DNA of 40,552 bases from Octopus bimaculoides. Lineage: Eukaryota. The position numbers and the translations under genes were made by a program. Where the stretch lies: the NCBI RefSeq assembly GCF_001194135.2, contig NC_068981.1:27306927-27347478 (forward strand). Direction: 5' to 3'. Under the pieces are notes generated by a model that made no database searches, was not told the origin of the DNA, and worked only from the letters and a program-made list of their open reading frames with translations. Below, one piece after another: positions 1 through 12,578 of the stretch (positions within the stretch are counted from its first letter, which is position 1; every line of letters starts with the position of its first letter).

Positions 1-11
1 TATATATATAT

Positions 12-42
<31 letters not shown>

Positions 43-80
43 CATACATACATACATACATACATACATACATAGATGTA
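1..80. repeat. Compound (TA)/(GATA)/(CATA) microsatellite
   Basis: Direct reading. Confidence 0.95.
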
Positions 81-1129
81 GATAGATATTACGCACACGA
101 AAGCATATACGTACATAGATACACGTATGCATAGCAATATGCATATATAGATATCTGTGTGTAGTAATGTGTGTGTGGTTCTGCCTGTGAATGTCGCAAG
201 CTCGAACGCGCACTCGTGCAGAAAAGTAAACACAGACAATAAACAGGCGCATTGAGACCCAGACAACAGATACCATTTATCGTTTGTTAAATTCGACACG
301 AAACTAAGATTTACTCAATAACATATTCTCTGCCTTCTGCTTCATCTCTTTCTTTGTGTGTGTGTGTGTGTGTGTGTGTGTAGTTATATGCCTATACAAA
401 CTGAAATATATATACACACTCACACAAATGACACTGCCAGAATGTGTGCGTGCGAGAGGGATAGTAGAAAATAAAGATAGAAAAATGTAACATTCTGAGA
501 TATTTGAATATTCTTCACTAAACATTGAATTAACAGTGGGAGTGTTTCGCGAATTTTGATATTTATATATGTGTGTACCTTCATTTACATGTGTACAAAT
601 ATAGATACACATATATAATGTATATTCATACATTCACACACATACACATATATATGCATATATACATATATACATACAAACGCGCATATATAAAAGACAA
701 ATTGAATAATAAATGTCAACTATTCGTGATTGTCCTCAGGTTTTGAATATATATTCTTATGAATTAATCAACATAGTTGTTTGTATATTTTGTTTAGGTT
801 CATGTTTTGCAAATAAACACGCGATTTGATTAAATAATACACCAGATATCATAGTGTATCCACGCAAAGACACGCTCTCTACTTGATATCATTCGCCAAT
901 TTTGAATTTGAATTATTCGATTGTAGAAAGCATCAAACAAGTTGCTGAAAGAGAAAAATAATACTCTGGGTGTTTATTAACGTACGTATACCTTTAAATA
1001 TAAATGCATACATAAACATTTGCATGGACAAAATACAAATACTTGAAATGGTTACACAGGTACCGTACGTTGTACATATACATATGCAAACTTAAATACA
1101 TTGATATAGATGCATTTGTGTGTGCATAT

Positions 1130-1133
<4 letters not shown>

Positions 1134-1192
<59 letters not shown>
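1134..1192. repeat. (TA)n microsatellite
   Basis: Direct reading. Confidence 0.95.
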
Positions 1193-1196
<4 letters not shown>

Positions 1197-1578
1197 CCAT
1201 TCTATTCAAAGCAAGTTTTATTGAAATCTTTATATTTGAAATTATTTTAAAGATACAGCGGCAAGTGTGCATATATTCGAAAGTCTCGTGCAAAATGGTA
1301 CCACAAATTTTGTTTATCCATTGACACTATTGCAGCTTAGCTAAACTCATTGCAGTCACTTTATCTGATACACAGATGCCTTTTCACTAAAAAGTATGCA
1401 TTTAGAATTCGTAAGAAATACTGCACCGTATCGGAAAATATTATATCGTAGAATACCCCTGAGGTAATAATATGATCCATGAGTACGCAAAATTTGTTCA
1501 CCTCCAGTTCCGAGTAATTCATTGAAAAATGTGATCATTGTTTCGTTCACTCTTACTGTCGAGTCTCTCTTCCCATAG

Positions 1579-1760
1579 ATTTATTCGTAGAGTCTACAAT
1601 CTGGTTAATTTGCAATCGATGCGATGTAAAATATCAACATCAATAGTGTTCATACTGTTCTTCCTTTACTTGCTATTCTCACGGAAAACCATTGACTTAG
1701 TTGTAGTACCTTGTAATTTTGTCTCTTTGTTGTCATTTACTAAGAAAATGTATTCAGATA
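1579..1760 (+). pseudogene. MAM pseudo-exon (middle of domain)
   Basis: Acceptor tctctcttcccatag|. One frame reads (Y)LFVEST...*CSYCSSFTCYSHGKPLT*L, resembling Y.Y.EsS ... C..F.Y..hG...L. The 3' boundary is uncertain. Confidence 0.45.
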
Positions 1761-1817
1761 CTCTTGCAACCATTCAGAAAGGAAATTGATACTTTGCATT
1801 AAGATATGTTATTATAG

Positions 1818-1893
1818 CTTAGTCAAACGAGGATTGGGTGTGCCTTACCAGGGCTTGCGTGACTAGCGAGAGGCAGTTAACCTCAGAACGAAG
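1818..1893 (+). pseudogene. MAM pseudo-exon (G.Q...W..a.V.l segment)
   Basis: ttattatag| ... AAG|gtaatg. Reads LVKRGLGVPYQGLRD*REAVNLRTK, with TAG at the position of the conserved Trp. Confidence 0.55.
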
Positions 1894-2567
1894 GTAATGT
1901 CCAAATGTTTATAAATGAGTGGACTCAGCTAAATTTATCCAATTGGCTGATTGTGGCGGCAAATGAGATCGTCAAAGATGGTACGCTGTCATTACCACTC
2001 AGCTTCGTCAGTACTCTTTTAAGGCTAAACAAAACTAAGCGAATACAATGAAATATTGTTCATTTATATGCTGAGCTAAACATCTGCGTAAAAACGGCTT
2101 TTTACGTAATCACAATACTCTCAGTACTGTGTTTACCCAGCATTTTCGTTCATATTTCTAACTACTGTTATCAGATATATACATTTCCATAAGTTCCACC
2201 TTCCAAATATTTTATATCTGTCATTCTACTTTTACTCAACTTCGAAGCATTCAGTTTTAGCCTTGCACATTTCAAAACTCAGAAAAACTTTTTCAATACT
2301 TCAAAATAACTGTAGTTTTGTTCCGATGGTTTCTTTGCATGCACATATCTGACATACTTCACCTCTTTTCGTAGAACTGACGTCTGGCTTTAAACTTTTA
2401 ACTACTCACGCAACTTCTACTTAAATATTTTAGTTTATTACTGAATATTTACTTTGATTCATGATTCTTTGCCATTTTGAATTCGCAATCCTTAGGTAAA
2501 TCAGACCGAAATAAGTATTACAGTGTTATGTCTCAGGCTACTGCTATCTAGCACTTTCGGATGATCT

Positions 2568-2622
2568 CTACTCAACCGCTACACAACTGCTACTCGACGG
2601 CTACCCAACAGCTACTCAACAC
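2568..2622 (+). repeat. 11-bp minisatellite, 5 copies
   Basis: ctactcaaccg / ctacacaactg / ctactcgacgg / ctacccaacag / ctactcaacac. Confidence 0.8.
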
Positions 2623-2845
2623 TCCTACTACGGCCAGATTACCTCTATTTATATGTCTTGGGAGATCCTACTTCTTCGCCTGAGGACGTCGACACAACAT
2701 ACAGCAAGAATTCGGATAGGTTCTGGAGACACGAAATGGATAGAAAGTCACATAAAAAGGAAACAACGACTTAAGAGCTGTAATTTGTTTTGTGAAAAAC
2801 TAAATAGCATAAACATTATTAGAGAGTTCTGTCGTTTGAGATGAA
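2623..2845 (+). pseudogene. MAM pseudo-exon (C-terminal half)
   Basis: PTTARL in one frame, then IYMSWEILLLRLRT...IGSGDTKWIESHI...LNSINIIREFC (ORF 2653-2844), matching A.L / Y.M.G..L / sG....W...I / DDI.l...C spacing. Splice sites were not identified. Confidence 0.45.
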
Positions 2846-3052
2846 AATTAAAACAAAACCGCACTTTACATTGGCGATCACTGACTGAATTTGAACCTGT
2901 TGACAAAGAACCATCACGGAGCCTTATATGGTTGAAAGTCCTTTCTCACTAAAGTTATCATGGTAAAAATGATTTTGGTGCTCATAATGATGATCATGAT
3001 GACCAGGATGAGGACATTTCTTTCCTACATACACTCACACCACACACATTCG

Positions 3053-3084
<32 letters not shown>

Positions 3085-3090
3085 AATACA

Positions 3091-3121
<31 letters not shown>

Positions 3122-3713
3122 CATCTTCATCAGTTATTGCTTTCTACCTTCTCATTCCACTTTCCCCCTTCAAACACATACAAGCACTCTCTTTCCGTTT
3201 CTCTTACCTTCTCTTTCAAATGTTGCCCTCTTTGTCTCTTTCATTCATACGTTTTTCTTTTTCTTTCTTTTGTTCTACCGAGTGAATAAAGAATTTGTTA
3301 ATAGTTTGAATAAAAATAGCCTCGTCCAGATCAAACCGCTGACTGGAAATGTGCTAAAACAAGCTGTCAGTGATGATGACGATGTCAATACATTTTTCAA
3401 TCAACACTAAATAAACAATAGGAAATTGAATATAATACTATTTTGATTATATTCGTTATAATTGCAATGTTGTGGCAAGGCAATGCACTGTAAGGTAATG
3501 CAAAGTAATGCAAATGCAATGAAGTCAGACTGACAGACAGACAAGAAATCAGGAAGACTTGGCAGAAAGATAGGCAGCGGAAAGAAGAAACAGAAAAAAA
3601 CATAAAATATAAATAAAAAGAAAAGTTGTTGTGAAAGAAAGCCAATTGAAATTATTACTTGTTAAATAAAGAAAAAGGGACATAAAGAAAAAAGGTCATA
3701 CGACCAACAAATG

Positions 3714-3775
3714 GAAGAAGAAGAAGAAGAAGAAGAAGAAGAAGAAGAAGAAGAAGAAGAAGAAGAAGAAGAAGA
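3714..3775. repeat. (GAA)~20 microsatellite
   Basis: Direct reading. Confidence 0.95.
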
Positions 3776-4332
3776 TGAATGAAACCAATGAAAATATTAA
3801 GGGGCGGACATGATAGTAAAAATAAAATAAAATGCAATAAAGTAAAATAAAATAGCTGATATGAATATCATGCATAGCGCATAACGAGGTGAACGTTAGG
3901 ATATTTTTAGCGAAAATTCTTAAGAAGTAAAACAAAGAAAATGAAAACATTCATTTTCTTTTTGTACCTGGAATGAATTTCGTTGCAGATAATAGCAGCA
4001 GACAGTGCCAACTAAAGGTATGTTCCAATATAAGAGAAAACCAGTGTTCCATGAAAGAATCAAAATAATTTGCAGGAGGTCTGAGGGTTTGTTGAGCTGG
4101 GTGAATCGAAACGAAATGAATGATACAAAGAAATTTAATTCAATTATTCATATGTTATCAGATGTTATCGCTTCTTTAGTCATATAAAAACAGTCCACAA
4201 CTACGTGTATATTAATGACACCGCGTAAGTGGAGGGTACGTGGGGGATGTTATTTGTAAGATGATGTGTTTCATCTCAGTGGGCGTATTGGGAAGCGCAT
4301 GTACATGTATAAATATATGTGTGTGTATAGAC

Positions 4333-4391
<59 letters not shown>

Positions 4392-4597
4392 CGTATGTAA
4401 GTGTGTGTGTGTGTGTATTTGTACAAGTGCTACGTATGAGTTGCAGTCATGTACTTGTATGTGTCTGTATAAACGTATTTGAATGTGTGAATGTGTGGAT
4501 GTGTGTGGGTGTGCTTGTAGGACCGAGAGAAGGAATGACGGGGGGGGGCGGTAAAAGAGAGGAAGCAAGAATGAAATTGACCTTATGTCAATAACAG

Positions 4598-4811
4598 TTG
4601 TGATAAAGGTAGGCTCGACTCTCCAAAGAGCAGTTTCAAATATTTTGTCAATCCAAATTCTACCAGCAGTGAATAGGCGGAAGTGTTTTGCGAAACTCTC
4701 GTTGTTGTTATTGTTGTTTCGGCTGCATAACCCAAGTGCAGCGATGACAGTGCAGAGCTACATTCAAATCCACTCAGATGATATTGAGCCTTTCAAGTGT
4801 TCGAAAGAAGC
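4598..4811 (+). pseudogene. MAM pseudo-exon
   Basis: aataacag|TTGTGATAAAGGTAGGCTCGACTCTCCA reads CDKGRLDSP. Shifted frames give FCQSKFYQQ*IGG, ETLVVVIVV and YIQIHSDDIEPFKC. Confidence 0.65.
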
Positions 4812-5091
4812 GTACTTTGCGAAGTATTAATTTATGTATCTATCTGAAAATCTGAAGAAATTCTTGAATTTTGAGTTTATCTACCTTCCTAACGTTTAGC
4901 TAGCTTAAATTGTCCTTTGGTGATTATAATATAGTTTCAAAGTTTAATAGCCAAAATTTTGATCTCACACATACACATTATATATATATATATATACACA
5001 CACAAAGTATGGGGCTTTAGTTCACAGGTGATCTAAACGATTATGTACGCTAGGTAAGTGTTGTAACGGATTACTAGGGCCACAAGGTTAT

Positions 5092-5720
5092 AGGTCCCTC
5101 GGGGTGACAGTCGACAACAACTTAAGTTGGAGAACCCACATTAACAACTAAGTCGACATGATACGCAGGGCGTGCTCCTGAAACCTCAGAATGATTCGTT
5201 CTACAGATGCTCTAACTATTGTCTTTTTCTTATCAAGATTCACCCATCTTCAACTTGAATACTGCTGTCCGGTGTAGTCTTCTTATATCAAACAAAAATA
5301 TTATGGACACTGAAGTGTTCCAGAGATAGATAACAGGAAAAGTAAACCACATAAGTCTTGATTATTGGGATCGTTTCGAGAAACTTAAACTTTATTTCTT
5401 CCGCCGTTGTCGTGAGAGCTATATCATTTGTAAAATGTAGAAATTATACCAACATCATCACCCAGATATTTGTGGGCATCATCCTTAAAATTCACACAAG
5501 CTTGGTCCCCGTGCCGTCCGTCTTCTATAAAATTCATGCTCAAGTCACGTCACAACACTCAAACAGAAATATTTCCCCTCACCTGGTCCTGCTCTTTTTA
5601 ACACTATGGCAATAGAAGAAAAAGATTTCATAATATTCAGACGGTTCCTGGGTTAAAATGTCCCACTAAATTCAGAGAAACCATCTACACCAGCATATAT
5701 ATCTGAAAAGAATAACTCTT
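5092..5720 (+). mobile_element. CR1/L2-type LINE, decayed RT C-terminal fragment
   Basis: RSLGVTVDNNLSWRTHINN, then LEYCCPV*SSY and DYWDRFEKLKLYFFRRCRESYIICKM*K. These are typical post-RT motifs of CR1-group LINEs, with stops and frameshifts. Confidence 0.8.
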
Positions 5721-5751
5721 TACTCGAATGGGTTATAGTGTCCAATATAGA

Positions 5752-5965
5752 AGCCCTTCTATTATAGGCACAAGGCCTGAAATTTATGGCGGGGGAACTA
5801 GTCGATTACATCGACCCTAGTGTTTCACGGGTACTTAATTTATCGACCCCGAAAGGATAAAAGACAATGTCGAACTCGGCGGAATTTGTACTCAGAACGT
5901 ATCGACGGGCAAAATAACGCTAAAGCATATTGTCCAGCTTGCTAACGATTCTGCCAACTCACCCC
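5752..5965 (-). mobile_element. SINE family A (abundant octopus-type SINE, cctttcggggtcgataaattaagtacc core)
   Basis: The reverse complement reads ggcagaatcgttagc...gttctgagtacaaattccgccgag...cctttcggggtcgataaattaagtacc...ggccttgtgcctataat. It matches the copies at 35762 and 40093. Confidence 0.85.
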
Positions 5966-6272
5966 CTTATGAATGACTAATATGCTTAATTGCATTTTTC
6001 AGGTGGTGCTATTAGATTAGTCATGGTCTGGGACAATTCTGACCGAAACTATTCTAAATATTCTAAGTATACATATGCAAAAATACACATGCACACTTAT
6101 GTGTGCATATTTATGCATGTTTGTCCTCAACATAACTGTGAGTTCTGCAAAAAGATCTATAATAAAAACAGACCAATACTATTCTCGAAGTCTTAATCAT
6201 TTCTCAGAATCTTTATACAAATGCATCAGTTGTACTTATGTATTTCTCCAAAGCATTTTATTGCGTCAACAG

Positions 6273-6801
6273 AAAATTTACGTTATATATCATGGTGAAG
6301 CATCACAGGTGAAATCGTGAAAGACATCATGTATGAAAATCTATCAGAGTTTATTCAAATTACGAATGTCTCCTTTGGTACCAATGAACTACATTCTTAC
6401 GATAAGAATCGATCCCATGGAGGTAAAAGCCTCAGTAATAATACAAAAGCTTTCATAATGTCATCAGTGAGTACGTGTCACTCTATGATCTTGACATTGC
6501 TGATGGTCGTACTCTTCAGTTCATCAACAATATTCTTGTTAATATTACTTCATAATGCAAAGAAGACTAAATACATGATCATATCTTACGATAAATGTCA
6601 CCTACCAAGGATAGCACACGACTCGAGTATCAAACAACTTAGGTCCTACTTTCCAAGCACTAAGACCGCTTTTTTGACAGAATCAGTATGGGAGTATGAC
6701 GTGTATGGGTCTTTGAATTAATGGCGAAAGATATGCTTTCGTCTACATATGGACTAAGATGCCTTTGCACAGAGGCGTGAATGCAGATCATACACGCACA
6801 A
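6273..6801 (+). pseudogene. MAM pseudo-exon (end of one MAM plus start of the next)
   Basis: ttttattgcgtcaacag| ... ACAA|gtaaaa. Shifting frames give ECLLWYQ, PWR*KPQ, FINNILVNITS*C, TC/VFE and YIWTKMPLHRGVNADHTRT. Confidence 0.65.
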
Positions 6802-7421
6802 GTAAAAAAAAATTGCTAAATCAAATAATTCAGTCTTCTTTAAACTTCTTTCAACCATTTGAAATCAACACAGTAGGTTTTCTTCCCGCTGAACATCTCT
6901 GACATTCATCCACCATTCATTACATTTTCACCCTAGTTTCAACAATTATACCATCTAAAATATAATCGCAAAAATAATAAATCACACACATTTCTTCTCT
7001 ATAGAATTCTCTCCAAATTTGTCAATAACCACTGAAATCTTAAACACATGTTTCTTAAAAATGAGAATTTTCATGTTTTCTTTACATAATCGTTAAAAAG
7101 ATTTATGCAACAACCTGAAGAGACTGTTAGTTGTAAACTGTATGCATACATACATACACACGTTTTAATCTCCCATGAACGGTTGTAAAGTTTGTAAATT
7201 GTAATCTTCGTTATATTACAGCATAATTGTATCTATGGTTGTATATGTGCATATTCACAAGCATATTCATTTACATATGTGTAACAAACAACGTTGCATC
7301 GCTTATGGAATCAACGCAGTTTATGAGACCGCAGTCAACTGATGGATCTATTTTCTCATTTCATTTATCTGGTGGATGTTTATATATATATTGTCTACTA
7401 TTGCCAATCCTGGATTTTCAG

Positions 7422-7720
7422 AACGACGGTGTGGTTACCTCCTATCCTTAACCATGGTCTGTCTTGATAGCTACGCACCGAACATTTGGTATCATACTTA
7501 ATATCACTTGATGGGCAAAGTTACTCCGAATTCGTCTTGAGATGATATCTCGTGAATGAGCTGTATTTAAAAGCAATAAAAAATATATATCAAAGGCAAA
7601 CGAAAGTCATCCTGGCAGCGATCGGTAAAAACGTTCAATGCGTTTCTGCCTTATTCGGCTTTGTCAGTAGCATATACTCAGACAATCGTATGCCAAGATG
7701 ACATCGGTCATCACCGATAT
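7422..7720 (+). pseudogene. MAM pseudo-exon (second half of domain)
   Basis: ggattttcag|. One frame reads RRCGYLL...VCL...WYHT*YHLMGK...KGKRKSSWQRSVKTF...IVCQDDIG. The phase-1 join to the 6801 donor gives ADHTRTKRRCGYLL. Confidence 0.65.
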
Positions 7721-8399
7721 AGGAAAACAGATTATTTATACAACTTGATGGTTAATTGCAAATGTATGACCGGACAGAATGCTTAGGAGTGTTTTCTGTT
7801 CATATCCTGCCGAGTTGATTTCGCTGTGTACTTAAGGTTCGATAAAATATATAAGTACGAATCGAATACAGTGACCGATTTAAATTACTGCAGTTTCCTT
7901 GATCTGAGGCGTTATGTCAAAGAAAGAAAATACTGTATGCACCAAGAATCGATAGAATTCGCACCAAATACTTCGAGAGTTTTAGTTATTTCCCTTTAAA
8001 CACTCAGCTCACAAACCAGTTTGTATTTCATCCTACTGGAGCCATAAAATAAGTAAGATTAATGCACTGAAGTCGATTTAATCGCCGACACTGTTCCAAA
8101 TAAAAAGAGAGAAACGTATAGTTGTGAGCCTATATAGTAAATCATTAAAAGAAAAAATCGCGCTTCTGCACATTAAATTCTACGACAAAATATCGAATTT
8201 GTAATAGGTTAAATACAGAATATTTTTCTCTTTCGACACGAAGTCTAAATAAATGTTTGGCTTTTGATATGATGAACTAAAACCCTATTAATCCGAGATA
8301 GATCCTATATAATAGCCATTGGAACGCATAAGGTAAAGAAAAAAACAGACTAATAATAAAGTGATATATACACATAAAAACTTTGTTAAAATTTTTATT

Positions 8400-8962
8400 T
8401 TCTTGTAATCGCCCTTTTCAAAATTCAACTCATACTTTGCCTCCATTTTTTAATTTCTATTCCAAATCTTTTAGTTTTTCACTTTCATTCCTGTTCACGC
8501 TTTTAATTTCCTTCTTTTACAGGACATTTTTTCTCCTTGTCTCTTTGACTTTGTCAGTCTAATTTCCTATCTCCCCTCTGCTAGCTTACACTGTAACTCT
8601 GTCTTTCCTTCTCAATCTCTCAATTACTTTCTAACTTCATATTTCCTTCTTTGATTAATTCATTCCGTGTTTCCCTCACTACATTCTCTCTATTCTCTCT
8701 CTATCTCTCTATCTCTCTTTCTCTCTCTCTCTCTCTCTCTGCTTTACTTTAGTCAGTCTTCTACTTTTTCTGTCGTTTTACAGTCTTACACCGCCATTCA
8801 ATATCAATCTTTATGTATTTCTATTTTTTCCTACAAAATGTTTCTCTATGTGTATTATTCATTATTCAATCTTTCCCTTTTACATTTACTTCACATATCC
8901 ACTATTATTTTTGACTGTTTTTGATAATCTGAATTGACTCCGTTGCTACGGAGTTCCTTCCC

Positions 8963-9030
<68 letters not shown>

Positions 9031-9673
9031 CTGCCTCCCGTTCTCTCAGTCATTCACGCACTAAAATTTATAATTTTGGTTATCATAGATGCACTCTCAG
9101 TTCCTCTCCCTCGTTCTCTTACACTTCCCCTTCTTATTTTTTTTCTCGTTCATCCGCTTAGTCTTTTTACTTTTCAACGCATTCTTTTTCTATTCTCTAT
9201 TTCTCTTATATTATTCCCATTTTTGTTCTATAATCATTTTAATCCCCAACCATCCTCCTCCATATTAACTTACTTTCATTTTTAATTCTCGCTAATTCTT
9301 TCTTCCACTTTTTCCCTCTCAATCTCTCTACCCCATCCCTTCTCTGTCACTGGCACTTTCAAACTGCTCCAATATTTCTTAAACATTCTATGGTTATCAT
9401 TTCTATCTCTATATAATCGCCATCGCCTCTTCCTTCACAAATCTTTTACTTCTTTTATTTCCTACTCTCATTCTGACTCAGTCTTTCCATCTATATCTTC
9501 AAATGTAATTTTCTTAGTATGAACTTCACTTAGAGTTCAGTTCAGCTCTTAAATATTCACGCATTCAAATATTTACTATTTTAACCTTTCTCCTTTAGAA
9601 TCAGTTATCTTTTTGTTCTCACCTCTTTTGATCCCACACTGTGTATTATTTCTTATGATATTTTACGCTCTCT

Positions 9674-9735
<62 letters not shown>

Positions 9736-9850
9736 GCTACTTTAACTACACAGCTATTTTTCTCCCTTTTTCTTTTGTATTCAGTTCTCTCTATTCTTTA
9801 TATCTGCCCTCCTGCTAGTATTTTGTTTTCATTAGTTTTCCATCAAATCT
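8400..9850 (+). repeat. Long C/T-rich low-complexity tract with (CT)n, (TCTA)n runs
   Basis: Strong pyrimidine bias on the + strand over about 1.4 kb, with (TCTA)n near 8963-9030 and (CT)n near 9678-9733. Confidence 0.8.
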
Positions 9851-10590
9851 TTCTCTATAAGAGAAGTATAAGAAACAGAAAAAAAAAACAATTTTCGACA
9901 TAAAGATGGAAAATACCACACAAACACGCACACACTCACACACACACACACACATATGGATGCGTGTACCTACCCTTACGTGCATATATATCGGCAGTAG
10001 TTCATATATCGCACAGTGTTCTTCAATTTTTTGCATCTTAAAAAGAAAATAAAACCAATTTTATTTTGTAATTTCTTCTTTAAAAGAAGCGTTTTAAATA
10101 AATAGAAATTTGCACAATAAAAAATAGCAAGCGCATCGACAATATATGCTTTGGGTCTAAAAAAATAAATATGCCTTCAATCTCTTATATATATACATAG
10201 ATAAAGTAAATTCCAATAACTTCAACATTGATAACTATTACGAAGATATTGACAATGACGTTGGAATTGAGAGTGACAGTTGTAGGGAATTAAAGTAAAT
10301 TGGCATTCGAAAACCATATAATATGATAAATTACTAGGTATTTCCAATAGTATATCTCCCGTGAATAACCTCACAGATTTGCAAAGAAATACACAGAAAG
10401 TCATACGAGCTCAATCATTGATGTATATGTACGCTCGCACGAGTGTATACATAGATAGAACGGAAAGAAGACTTTGTGAAGAAACAAAGTAACTGAATAA
10501 ATTGGAATACCGGCTCACAGATACTGGTCTTCAATTCAGATAGACTGCAAAAGTTTTCTTCCATTTTCTCCCTCCCTCTCCTCTATGTAT

Positions 10591-10628
<38 letters not shown>

Positions 10629-10644
10629 ATATATATATATAAAC

Positions 10645-12126
10645 ATGATCAGGGCTTTGCATCAAGATATAAAAGCTAGAGTTAATTTTGGTGGTAGGCT
10701 CTCTGAATCTTTTGTCGTGGAAAATGGAGTAAAGCAAGGAGATCTTGATGCACCAACCCTCTTTGCGATATACTTTGCTGTTGTGCTGTCACACGCTCTT
10801 CAAACTTCCGAGGAGTGTATTTACATAAAATATCGAACAGGGAATGTTTTGAAATTGACCGTACTGATATTCAAAACGAGGGATTTTACTGCACTCGTTA
10901 GAGAACTCTTATATGTTGACGATTGCGATCTAGTCAGTCAGTCTGAAACAGGCCTGAAATCTCTTGTAACTTGCCTTTGACTCAGCTTGTGATGATTTTG
11001 GTTTGACCATCAACTTGAACAGTTGTAATGTACCTACATGCATGTGGTGCTATTTTCAGCCCCCCCCCCTTAACATTTTTGTCAAGGGTTAGTTACTCGA
11101 GGTTGTTTATTCTTTCATCTACGTTGGAAGCTCTGAACAAAATTATGGAATTCTGGATACAAAAATACATCTGCGAATTCAAAGGGCAGGACAAGCATTT
11201 GTTGGCTTGGAATCACGTGTTTGGCGCCAACGACATATAAATAACAATACAAAATTGGCTCTTTACAAATCATTTGTGTTACCATCCCTGTTGTATTTCT
11301 GATGAAACATGGACATGTTATGAAAGATATTTCAAATTGTTAGAGCAATTCCACCAAAGATGCCCTCATCGCATTTTAAACATTAAACGGAGTTCTTTTT
11401 ACTCCAAAGACAGATGCTTTTGCCTCTGCAGGCATCCCCTCAATTAAAGCTATGATTTTGAAATACAAAATGAGATGATGTAACCATATTGATCGAATGG
11501 CGGATGAATGTTCGCCCAAACAACTATTTTATGGCGAGCTTGCAGAGGGGAAACGCTATCAGTGTAAACCTAAAGGAAGGTTTAAGGACAGTATAAAGAC
11601 TATCATGAAATCCCTTGGAATGGACCAAGAGGACATAAAAACCCTTGCACCGGATCGAGCTGGATGGCGAACAAAAGTGTGAAGTAAACTGAAAGCGTTT
11701 GAAGAGGCCAGGATAAGGTATGAATCTCAAGAGAGATTTAAAGAAGAATGTTACGATCGAGAAGGTGAATCACAATGACCTTTTTATGTGCACAGTTTGT
11801 GACAGATCATGCCTTTGTTTTGCTAGGTTCAAATTTCATTTGCAAAGCCATGGAAAGAAAACTTCCACCAACTAATCAGTCTGTGCACACCTTTCAATGC
11901 AATGTATAACAGAAGGTCTACAAATCTAACGGGGGCCTCAAAGGACATTTTAAGATCCACAAAGATCAGAACTTAACTGCAGCTCTTGGTTGTCCAAATA
12001 GAATATGCAATCTATGTGGGTGTCTTTCCAAAACATTGTTTGGTTTAAAAAGCCAAATTAGATGCCATGATGGTTCTAAAGTACAGAAGGTGCTGAAACT
12101 CTGCATAGGGAGTAGACAACCACCAC
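10645..12126 (+). mobile_element. RTE-clade LINE, 5'-truncated and decayed (RT C-terminal half plus three C2H2-like fingers)
   Basis: ENGVKQGDLDAPTLFAIYF and ELLYVDDCDL (RT motifs), then PKQLFYGELAEGKR...PKGRFKDSIK...DRAGWR (RTE C-terminal signature). These are followed by CTVC...HLQSH, CNV*...HFKIH and CNLC...QIRCH. Both ends abut CA/TA microsatellites. Confidence 0.9.
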
Positions 12127-12221
12127 ATATATATATGTGCGTGTGTGTGTGTGTACATACATACAGATAGATAAATAAATATTTAGATGAATTAAGTCTC
12201 TCACAAACATGCACAATCATG

Positions 12222-12385
12222 CTTTCGTTCCTGTGAATTAACGGTTCGGCAAAAGTAACAGATACAATAAGTATTAGACTTTAAGAATGAGAAGTTCTGG
12301 AGCCGATTCATTAGACTAGAAGTTCTTCAGTGTGGTGCCCCAGCATGGGCTTACTCCAATGTTTGAAATATGTAAAAGATAAACG
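12222..12385 (+). mobile_element. SINE family C, degenerate 3' part
   Basis: aataagtattagac...gtggtgccccagcatggg...gaaatatgtaaaagataaa resembles the 3' end of the octopus SINE ending ccagcatggcc...gaaacaagtaaaaga. A related antisense piece lies at 28540-28620. Confidence 0.55.
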
Positions 12386-12578
12386 ACAAAGATCTGTATA
12401 TTTAGCTAGAAAGATAGACAGACAGACAGACAGATGGATATACAGACAGTCAGACAGGCAGTCAAACAGACAGAAAGACAGACAGACAGACAGACAGACA
12501 GATGGATAGACAGACAGTCAGACAGGCAGACAGACAGTCGGAAAGACAGACAGACAGACATATATATATATATATATA

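Noticed and set aside
1356-1550. Minus-strand 64-aa ORF with a YYYLRG segment faintly like an RT YLG motif
   Set aside because: No other RT motifs lie nearby and the similarity is too weak. The opposite strand may instead be another MAM exon remnant (1357-1463), also too weak to call.
1920-1960. CCAAT-box-like promoter (ccaattggctgattg)
   Set aside because: An isolated short motif expected by chance, with no associated TSS or gene start.
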